Assembly (NCBI GenBank): GCA_964236955.1
Contig: CAXSGP010000077.1
Coordinates: forward strand, 1-23,549
Direction: 5' to 3'
Origin: an uncultured Oligoflexus sp.
Lineage (GTDB): Bacteria; Bdellovibrionota_B; Oligoflexia; Oligoflexales; Oligoflexaceae
DNA: 23,549 nt
Position numbers and translations under genes: made by a program. This document shows positions 16,486-23,549 of the stretch, in pieces. The notes beneath the pieces are model-generated. The model was not told where the DNA came from, made no database searches, and saw nothing but the letters and a program-made list of their open reading frames with translations. How positions within the stretch are numbered: position 1 is the first letter of the stretch; every line of letters begins with the position of its first letter.

Positions 16486-18579
16486 TTGGAATCAATCTTA
16501 AGCGAATGTCTACTCGACAAATCCATCGGCATCCTCATCGTCGAGCCTACCTCGTCGATTGCCGGCAGTATTCGCCGGGTATTTCTCGAAAACGGTTATA
16601 CCAGTGTTTTCATCGCTCATTCGGTGCTTGATGCCTTTAATACGCTCAGTAACAACTCGATAGGCTGGATTTTTGTCTCACCCCTGCTCGAAGAAAGACT
16701 CAATCAATGGCATTGCCTGCGCCTGCCGCTCGAAGTTCAGGCCTTTCATAACATCATGGTTTCGGTGCTGGTCAAACCGGAGCAGGCTGCCGAATTCGAA
16801 GATTATTATGCCTTCGGAGCATTGTCGATCCACTCGCGACAGCTGACCTATAACAGCTTTAATCAGGAGTTTGGCGAGCTCGTACAGCGGCTCAGGGAGT
16901 ATCGAACCGTCGCCGAAGTGATAGCCGTTGATGTCAGGGCTCGGTTTCGTGCCAGCGAGAGCTGGCAGAAGCTCGAGACCTTTGAGGAGAATTTCGCCCA
17001 AAAAATCGATTCCTCACCCGCACAGTTGTTAAAACTGATCGAGGCGCGATTAAAGGGCAGCAGCAATCTCGAAGCGATGCTTGATATGAAAAATGCCCTG
17101 CTTCAGCATCCAGAGCTGGCACCCGACCTCAAGGCGCTTAGCCTCACCTATCTAAAGACGAATGACATACAAACCTTTCGCGGTAAGTTTCCCCTCGACA
17201 ATGTCTTGATCCTTGATCCCGATGCCTCTCACCAGCAGTTTCTCAATACTGCCCTCACCGAAATGGGCGCCTCGCTCATCACCTTGTGCGAGACGATTGA
17301 ACAGGCCTGTGAGGCCCTGCACGTAACGGTTGTCTATGACCTCATCATTACCGAATGGAAACTGAACAAGGTGGAAGGTCATGCCTTCATCCAGCACGTT
17401 CGTGCCCATGGGCATGAGAGTCAGCCCGTGATCATCAATTCAACGCTTGTCAAACCTGAGGATATGGCTCTCATCAGCGAGATAAGAGGGGTTTTTATAA
17501 TTCCCAAGCCGATGCCCAAAAAACAATTCAAACTTGCAATGAGCGAAGTGCTGCAGCGTTGGAACTTCCCGCAGGAAGCGACTGACCAGGAAGACAAGAT
17601 CATCAACTGTGCGAAGTCCGGCAACCTCAAACAAGCTGAGATGCTCAACAAAGAGTTCCAGGCCAATACCAAAATCGAACGGCATCGCCGCGATTTTGTC
17701 GAGGCTCATCTAGCCTACTGCGATCATCGCTTTCAGGATGCCAAAGATCTGATCCTGGCCTCCGTTCGCCAGGGCGTTCCAAAGCACAAGGAAATTTCAC
17801 TTCTAGGTAAGATTCTTTTACGACTTGGCGATCCAGTCAACGCTTTGAAGTTCCTTGAGCAGGCTAATCAGATGGTTCCCGGAAACATCGAACGTATGTG
17901 CAACCTCGCCGATGCGTCGTCGGAGGTCGGTAAACCCGAGCGGGCTTTGCAGCTTGCCACGGAAGCTCGCAAGATTGGCGGTGACATAGGTTTGGTGCAA
18001 AGCGTTTATGCCAAGCACGCGGTAGCCAATGGGATCTTCGAAGAAGTCGACGAGCTTTTGGAGTCGGAAGCCACGGCTCGGGAAATGATCGCTTTTATGA
18101 ATAATCTCGGCATTGCCCACGCGGGGGCCATGCGCTGGAAGGAAAGCGAGGTCTGCTACCGCAACGCGCTCAAGGCTTTGAAAGGCCTTCATCCGAGTCT
18201 GAGCGCCATGGTCTCCTATAATTTCGGATTAAGTCTGGTTCGGCAAAACCGTCTCAAAGACGCCCTGCCCCTGCTAAAATATTCGGAAGGGAAGGGCGAG
18301 CAGTTGATCAAACGCAAAGCGCTCGATCTTCGCGAAAGGGTTGAAAAAGCCCTCAGTTCGAATCAGGCCCTCACACTCAAGGAAGTCACTCGGGAAGTTG
18401 CCTCGGCTGCCGACGCGGCGCCCTTAATTTCAACCTTTCAAGCCTATAGCGAGAAGGCCAAACCACAGGCGCACGGTTTATTTCGGGTTCTCGAGTCCCA
18501 GTGTAAGGCTTTAGGTATGGATCTGATCAGTGACTTGCCGAAGACTGTCACAAGCAGAGATCGCCTGGTGGTTTCTTAA
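16486..18579 (+). CDS. Protein with two atypical receiver (REC) domains and C-terminal TPRs
   Basis: REC1 ILIVEP...WIFVS; REC2 VLILDPD...DLIITEW...PVII.S...IPKP; TPR-like LLGKILLRLG/NNLGIAHA/YNFGLSL. TTG start with GGAG/GAGG upstream. Confidence 0.8.
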   Translation: MESILSECLLDKSIGILIVEPTSSIAGSIRRVFLENGYTSVFIAHSVLDAFNTLSNNSIGWIFVSPLLEERLNQWHCLRLPLEVQAFHNIMVSVLVKPEQAAEFEDYYAFGALSIHSRQLTYNSFNQEFGELVQRLREYRTVAEVIAVDVRARFRASESWQKLETFEENFAQKIDSSPAQLLKLIEARLKGSSNLEAMLDMKNALLQHPELAPDLKALSLTYLKTNDIQTFRGKFPLDNVLILDPDASHQQFLNTALTEMGASLITLCETIEQACEALHVTVVYDLIITEWKLNKVEGHAFIQHVRAHGHESQPVIINSTLVKPEDMALISEIRGVFIIPKPMPKKQFKLAMSEVLQRWNFPQEATDQEDKIINCAKSGNLKQAEMLNKEFQANTKIERHRRDFVEAHLAYCDHRFQDAKDLILASVRQGVPKHKEISLLGKILLRLGDPVNALKFLEQANQMVPGNIERMCNLADASSEVGKPERALQLATEARKIGGDIGLVQSVYAKHAVANGIFEEVDELLESEATAREMIAFMNNLGIAHAGAMRWKESEVCYRNALKALKGLHPSLSAMVSYNFGLSLVRQNRLKDALPLLKYSEGKGEQLIKRKALDLRERVEKALSSNQALTLKEVTREVASAADAAPLISTFQAYSEKAKPQAHGLFRVLESQCKALGMDLISDLPKTVTSRDRLVVS

Positions 18580-19055
18580 AGCTTTTTCGCAACATTGAGT
18601 TTTCGGTATTGAACCACGCCGGCTTCGAACTTAAAAAAGTGCAGGGAAATGTTTTTCTCGTCAACAGTGCAGGAATAGAGAACCAGGTCGATAGCTTTGT
18701 TTGTCAGATAGTCGTTGAGGGGATCTTGCGTCGAGGGATCAAGCCTATCTCTAAGCGCTTGATCAATGGTACAGGGAAAAGGTGCCGGAGCTGTTGTAGT
18801 GCAGGTTTGGGAACCCAGGTCATAGAAGTGGGACCCAGCCTCGCAAGCGAGCACCTGGATCCGTAAAAAATCCGGCAGACTGGTCAATCGGGGATCGGCT
18901 GCTCCAGCATCGGCGCCAGTTTCCGGATTGATAGCCTTACCTGCCGCTGCGCCTGGCTTTTCGGATAGGGGAGTCAGCGGCTCGGGTATTCCAGGCCCAT
19001 CCTCCTGGCCGCAGGCATAGAGGCACAAACAAATGAAAAACAAAAGTCTTGTCAT
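18576..19055 (-). CDS. Hypothetical Cys-containing lipoprotein
   Basis: Lipobox LYAC, Pro/Ala linker, four Cys in the mature domain; RBS GGAGGA. Confidence 0.8.
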   Translation of the reverse strand: MTRLLFFICLCLYACGQEDGPGIPEPLTPLSEKPGAAAGKAINPETGADAGAADPRLTSLPDFLRIQVLACEAGSHFYDLGSQTCTTTAPAPFPCTIDQALRDRLDPSTQDPLNDYLTNKAIDLVLYSCTVDEKNISLHFFKFEAGVVQYRKLNVAKKL

Positions 19056-19073
19056 AGTTCCTCCACGCTTAAG

Positions 19074-19102
19074 TTATCGGCAGCGACCGAAACAAAGCTA
19101 GA
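19074..19102 (-). promoter_or_regulatory. sigma28/FliA-like promoter candidate
   Basis: Perfect GCCGATAA (19081-19074) preceded by TCTAG/TAGC at about the -35 position. Confidence 0.5.
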
Positions 19103-19160
19103 GGAAATCTGTAACTATGCCATTTTATTTGTTTTAATCAGGGTCAGAGAAAGAAGGCAA

Positions 19161-19177
19161 GAGACGATGGTCGTCTC
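19161..19177 (-). terminator. Terminator of the protease gene
   Basis: GAGACGA-N3-TCGTCTC stem followed by a pyrimidine-rich tract on the minus strand. Confidence 0.5.
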
Positions 19178-19227
19178 CATATTTTTCTTTCATGATAAAT
19201 ATTTTTATGAATTCAATACGATAGAAC

Positions 19228-20034
19228 CTATTCGCTGACAGCACAGCTGCCTTTGGCTAGACCAAGATCGATACCGGAATCGCTTTGTATCCAGCACATA
19301 TTGGCTCTAATCAAGCCATAGATTCCACCCTCACCGCAGGATCCGCCACGCGAGACGACCGCCATGAACCGCCATTGGCCATTGGCCAATTGACCAAAGA
19401 CGGGACCTCCACTGTCGCCCTGACAAGAATCCTTGCCGCGTCCGCCAATTCTAACTTCCGTTTTATTGAAAGCGGTGATGGGGGCATCGACCTGGTATTT
19501 CACACCGATCTCATCATGCTCACGGTTACCAAAGCCTATAATGCGGGATAGTTTGCCCGCTTTTAGCAATTCTGCCGATTCGGCGGCGTTAGGGAGGGGA
19601 ATAAAGGCACTTTTTGCAAGAGGCAATGGCTTTTCAAGCAAGACATAGGACACGTCATGATCGAGAGCAGACGGCGGAGCATATTCGGGATTGGCTACGA
19701 TCCTGACAATTTTATTGGCTCCTAAAAAAAGACCACCCGCTTGACCAGCCCCAACATAAACCCGGATATCGCCCGCACTTAGGCCCGTATCGGCACAATG
19801 AGCGGCGGTAACAACGAGCAGTGGGGTGACTGCGGTACCCGAACAGAAGACTCCACCAAAAGTATCAGTCAGGGCGACCGTGTTAAGCCAGTCACCGGCG
19901 ACAGTGGGCGTGCCCCCAAATATTTTTGTTTCGCTGTCCTTATGTGTGGCATCACCGCAAGCACAAGCTAAAACCGCTGATAGGGCAAGATTAGCTACGA
20001 GGTAGAGAGACTTGGATACTGTTTTCATAATCAT
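19228..20034 (-). CDS. Trypsin-like (S1) serine protease, probable lipoprotein
   Basis: IFGG mature N-terminus, CSG, TAAHC, HD, DSCQGDSGGP; lipobox-like LACAC; ATG 20034 with RBS AGAGGA. Confidence 0.92.
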   Translation of the reverse strand: MIMKTVSKSLYLVANLALSAVLACACGDATHKDSETKIFGGTPTVAGDWLNTVALTDTFGGVFCSGTAVTPLLVVTAAHCADTGLSAGDIRVYVGAGQAGGLFLGANKIVRIVANPEYAPPSALDHDVSYVLLEKPLPLAKSAFIPLPNAAESAELLKAGKLSRIIGFGNREHDEIGVKYQVDAPITAFNKTEVRIGGRGKDSCQGDSGGPVFGQLANGQWRFMAVVSRGGSCGEGGIYGLIRANMCWIQSDSGIDLGLAKGSCAVSE

Positions 20035-20270
20035 TTTTATATCCTCTATTTCTGCAGCCCTTGATATCAAAGGCGATCACCATTGACTATCTAGCCAGTT
20101 AGTAAATTTTTCACGATTAAAATTAATTGAATTGACTTTTTGTTAAAGTTTAAAACTTACAGGCGTAGCCTTGGTGCCGGCTTTAAGTCCAATTGATGCG
20201 TTGGCCTGATTATGCAATGCTGCGGGCCTTATGCACCTCTGATAGACAGGTCGAGACAAGGGGATTATCA

Positions 20271-21446
20271 ATGCCAAAGACGACGGGACTGGGGCCCTAT
20301 AGCAAGAGTTTTCTTTCTGAATACTGGCAGAAAAAGCCGTTGCTGCTGCGGGGAGCTTTCCCGGGTGGAATAGATATCGTCGATCCCGATTCGCTCGCAG
20401 GCCTAGCATGCCAAGAAGGAGTTGATTCGCGCCTTGTTATGGAAAAGGGTGATTATCCCTGGCAAACGCATCAGGGCCCTTTTGCTGAAACCATCTTTGC
20501 GAGCCTTCCCGAAACCCATTGGAGCTTACTCGTGCAGGCCGTCGATCGATTGCTTCCGGAGGTATCAAAATTGCGCGAAGCCTTTAGCTTTATTCCTAAC
20601 TGGCGGCTCGACGATATCATGATTTCCTATGCTGTCGACCAGGGCAGCGTCGGCCCCCATACCGATCATTATGATGTCTTTCTCATCCAGGCCATGGGGC
20701 GGCGGCGTTGGCAGTTCGGCGAAAAGGCGCTCGTTCAGCCGAGATTTAGGGAAGGCCTGGATCCGAAGATCCTGGAATCATTTTCTTTCGACCACGACTT
20801 TGTTCTAGAGTGCGGCGACATGCTTTATCTGCCCCCAGGAGTTGCTCATCATGGGGTGGCAGATGGGGAATGCATGACTTATTCCATTGGCTTTCGCGCC
20901 CCCACTCAAAATGAGCTCATGGTTTCCTACAGTCAGTTTCTACTGCAGACGGAAAATCCAGAGGTTTTCTATACAGACGACATGGGGGCGCAAAGGAGCG
21001 TGAGCGGCAGTGGCAGTGATCCGGGACAGATTGCTGATGAAGATCTGGAACGACTTAGAGCCCTTATGGTGGCAAGTCTCAACGATGATGATGTCTTTCG
21101 CCGCTGGATCGGTGCTTTTCTCACTGAGCCTCGGACTTTTCATCTAGCCAGGGATGAGCCTCTCGACTCCCACGCCTTGGTCAAGCTACTCGCCGCCGAG
21201 TCCGAGCTGCTAAAGGTGGAGGGCGGGCGTTTTGCGTATCATCAAAAAGGGGAGCAGGTGTTTTTTGCCTTCGAAGGTGAATCCCTGGTTCTGCACCGCG
21301 ACCTGCTCGAACTTGTTCAAATGCTTTGCCGACAGGAAGTCTTTTCAACCAAGGATATTCTCCGCTTTGAAAAGCAGGAAGGATTTTTCGAGCTTTTAGT
21401 CCACCTATGGAATCAAGGCTTTCTGCGGCGGGTTTATGAGGATTGA
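20271..21446 (+). CDS. roxA: JmjC/cupin_4 2OG-Fe(II) oxygenase, RoxA/YcfD-like (ribosomal protein uL16 arginine hydroxylase family)
   Basis: FL.EYWQKKPLL.R, W.LLVQAVD, F.FIPNWRLDDIMISYA, GPH.D.YDVF, GDMLYLPPGVAHHG, YSIGFRAP. Start moved to ATG 20271. Confidence 0.85.
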   Translation: MPKTTGLGPYSKSFLSEYWQKKPLLLRGAFPGGIDIVDPDSLAGLACQEGVDSRLVMEKGDYPWQTHQGPFAETIFASLPETHWSLLVQAVDRLLPEVSKLREAFSFIPNWRLDDIMISYAVDQGSVGPHTDHYDVFLIQAMGRRRWQFGEKALVQPRFREGLDPKILESFSFDHDFVLECGDMLYLPPGVAHHGVADGECMTYSIGFRAPTQNELMVSYSQFLLQTENPEVFYTDDMGAQRSVSGSGSDPGQIADEDLERLRALMVASLNDDDVFRRWIGAFLTEPRTFHLARDEPLDSHALVKLLAAESELLKVEGGRFAYHQKGEQVFFAFEGESLVLHRDLLELVQMLCRQEVFSTKDILRFEKQEGFFELLVHLWNQGFLRRVYED

Positions 21447-21469
21447 TTGCTGGTTTGCCGCGACAAGGT

Positions 21470-21497
21470 AAGGGCCAGTGACCTATCACTGACCCTT
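21470..21497. terminator. Hairpin between convergent genes
   Basis: AAGGG-C-CAGTGA-CCTA-TCACTG-A-CCCTT. Confidence 0.6.
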
Positions 21498-21518
21498 TGC
21501 TTCAAAAAAATATCGGGC

Positions 21519-22433
21519 TTAGAACCTTTGTTTCATAGAGAGGAGCAGACCAGGTTCGCGTTGCGGTAAAATCTGGAGGTCGAACTTCCAGGAACTGTCC
21601 AGCCCTCTATCGAAGCTGGCGGAGCCTAGGTTTGCATAACTTTCCTTGGAATTGTTTTCGAGCAGGGCGGTCTTGCTGGTACCAAAGGGATCAAAGAGCG
21701 AGTCGATGACGCTGAGTCCGTATCCACCCGCGGCGAGGAGCAGGGCAATCGTCGCTTCACTGTTGGCCTTTTTCACGAAAGCATCGTTATCGTCAAGAAA
21801 CTGCAAAAACTCCTCGGATTGGAGTCCATCGTTAGCTTCGGCATCGGCAATCACTGCGGTGGCATCCTTATCGGCCGCCGCCGACGCCTGCTTTCTATTG
21901 AGGAAGAGAAGGAGGCCGCCGGCCTGGGCGCCACCGAAGACGACTGCAGAAAGGGTTTTACCCTGCAAATAGCTATTCAACCCAAAGGGCAGATAATTTT
22001 TGAGATTACTTGGCGATTTATTGCCCTTCATGCCAGTCTTGGTGAGCCGGTCGGAGCCTTTGCCTGAACCGCCATCACTAATGGAAGATCCAGATTTTTT
22101 CTGAGCCGCGGCAAAGGCCTTTTCGACCTTCTCATCGCCTGCGGCTTCAGACGGCAGTTCGACAGCGGGGTCAGCCTTGAAAGCTTTCTTAAATTTGGAT
22201 TTGCCTTTTTTGGCTTTGCCCGACTTTATCAAGGCTGCGCCGGAGAGAGCGTAGGCCTGAGCCTTGTCACCGCCTTTAAGCTTTTTTGCGGCTTTTGTAG
22301 CTAGCTTGGCGGCCGTCTTATAGTCCCCGGCGGTGTATGCCTCCTTTGCTTTATCCAACGGACCTGCCAGGAGCCGACTCGACGTCAGCCAGAGGCAAAG
22401 CAAACAGAGAATCAAACGTGAGAATATTTTCAT
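21519..22433 (-). CDS. Exported hypothetical protein: Lys/Ala-rich TPR-like N-domain, two hydrophobic segments, C-terminal beta-strand ending in Phe
   Basis: Signal peptide; AKEAY.AGDY..A and AYALSGAAL...G helices; LPFGLNSY..GK motif; ends GLLLSMKQRF. Confidence 0.75.
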   Translation of the reverse strand: MKIFSRLILCLLCLWLTSSRLLAGPLDKAKEAYTAGDYKTAAKLATKAAKKLKGGDKAQAYALSGAALIKSGKAKKGKSKFKKAFKADPAVELPSEAAGDEKVEKAFAAAQKKSGSSISDGGSGKGSDRLTKTGMKGNKSPSNLKNYLPFGLNSYLQGKTLSAVVFGGAQAGGLLLFLNRKQASAAADKDATAVIADAEANDGLQSEEFLQFLDDNDAFVKKANSEATIALLLAAGGYGLSVIDSLFDPFGTSKTALLENNSKESYANLGSASFDRGLDSSWKFDLQILPQREPGLLLSMKQRF

Positions 22434-22470
22434 GTCTCTAACCTACGCTTCGATTTATACGACATCACAA

Positions 22471-22497
22471 GTATCGGCTGGAGGGTCGAAGGGTTGA
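22471..22497 (-). promoter_or_regulatory. sigma28/FliA-like promoter candidate
   Basis: TCAA-N15-GCCGATAC. Confidence 0.55.
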
Positions 22498-22982
22498 GTA
22501 TTTCACTGAGATAAAAATTTCGAATGCGTATAGATTGAAACCTTAGCGATGAGAAATCATTGTTAAATTCCTGGCTCTTTCGGTTTTTCCCATAAGCAAA
22601 TTTTTTTTATTTCCTCCAGAATGTTTTTCTCAGGGTTTTATTGCCAACGGCTAAAGCCAGATGAAGATCATTACTAATGCTAAAATGGCGCTATGAACTT
22701 TTTTAAAGGTTTTCTTGAGAATTTTTTTATAAGAATTATATGATGCTCGCTACGGGCCTAATCCAAAACGCTTGGATGTATATCCCCGTCTAGTAAGACT
22801 TTTTATCTTAGTCTCGGTTCGAAATGGCAGTTTTTTTAAGTTATTTTGTGGTGATTTTTAAGGCTTAGAAATCGCTAGGAATCCTTTTATGGTTGACTTG
22901 TCCAATAAGGCTAGGTACTTATGTAGAATATTACGTGAACGTAAGAATTACTTAGTCTGAGTTAGCCTTGTTGAGAAGAAAG

Positions 22983-23285
22983 ATGGGAAATATGAAGCCA
23001 GATGTCAAAATACCCATTGCCGCGTTTAGCAAAAAGTATAATTTGTCGCCACGCGAGCAAGACGTTCTGAGATTGATGATCGATCGGGTTGTTAATGCCG
23101 AAGATATTTCTCAGAAATTAGGCATCAGCCAAAACACTGTGCGAATTCATGTGAAAAACATCAACAACAAGGTTGGTGCCCGCAGTAAGACTGAGATCTT
23201 AAGTGCGTTTATCGATTTCCTTGAATCTTATTATGAACGTATTCTTTCTGGAGGGGCTTTAGAGCCTCATCAAGTTACGACTTGA
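22983..23285 (+). CDS. Stand-alone LuxR/GerE-type HTH regulator
   Basis: LSPREQDVL.L......AEDIS.KLGISQNTVRIHVKNI..KVG. Start is ATG 22983 or 22992. Confidence 0.88.
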   Translation: MGNMKPDVKIPIAAFSKKYNLSPREQDVLRLMIDRVVNAEDISQKLGISQNTVRIHVKNINNKVGARSKTEILSAFIDFLESYYERILSGGALEPHQVTT

Positions 23286-23461
23286 TATCGCAAGATACTC
23301 CTTTCATGTTTGGTTTCGGCTGGGTTGTCTCTTTGGAGGTGACTCAGCTTTTTTTTGACCAAAAATTTATCGATCACAGGGTGAGATTGATAGCCTTTCT
23401 TTGCCAGGATTTGGGTTTTGTCAAAGACTGCCGTTGAGCCTTTTAGGTCCGCTACATTCAT
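23270..23461 (-). CDS. Possible small hypothetical protein
   Basis: 63-aa ORF whose ATG overlaps (ATGA) the stop of a 21-codon ORF. No motif or clear RBS. Confidence 0.25.
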   Translation of the reverse strand: MNVADLKGSTAVFDKTQILAKKGYQSHPVIDKFLVKKKLSHLQRDNPAETKHERSILRYQVVT

Positions 23462-23549
23462 TTATGCAGCAACGTGGTGCGACGGGCTTGGAAAGCTTTT
23501 ATGTTTGAAACATCATGAATCATTTTTCATCCCGCGTGATGGACGAAGC

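Noticed and set aside
1..23549. CRISPR array, tRNA/rRNA, transposase, prophage or anti-phage defence genes
   Set aside because: No regularly spaced direct repeats, cloverleaf or matching protein motifs seen. The MoxR-VWA pair lacks the effector genes of ternary conflict systems.

Overview
This is gene-dense, mostly housekeeping chromosomal DNA. The lipoprotein and protein styles suggest Bdellovibrionota/Oligoflexia (inference). In order, it encodes a MoxR AAA+ ATPase with its VWA partner, a Tat-exported intradiol dioxygenase, a DTW (TapT-like) tRNA enzyme, and a split, divergent 2-methylcitrate cluster (prpC <- -> prpD-prpB, then a 3-hydroxyisobutyryl-CoA hydrolase-like gene and an OmpA-family gene). 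These are followed by Fur, an AtaL/SRPBCC plus DegT-aminotransferase pair, a vWA lipoprotein with six tandem beta-rich repeats, a double pseudo-receiver/TPR protein, several orphan lipoproteins, a trypsin-like lipoprotease, a RoxA/YcfD-like JmjC hydroxylase and a solo LuxR-HTH. I saw no CRISPR array, rRNA, tRNA or transposase. The most interesting signals are non-coding: (i) long structured 5' leaders before fur, degT, prpD and prpC, three closed by long-range helices near or over the RBS; (ii) a perfect 16-bp palindrome between the divergent prp promoters; (iii) sigma28/FliA-like boxes before four exported or lipoprotein orphans; (iv) a ~120-bp palindromic MITE-like element at a CTAG near the window start. 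All RNA-structure and promoter calls were made by eye and are unverified.
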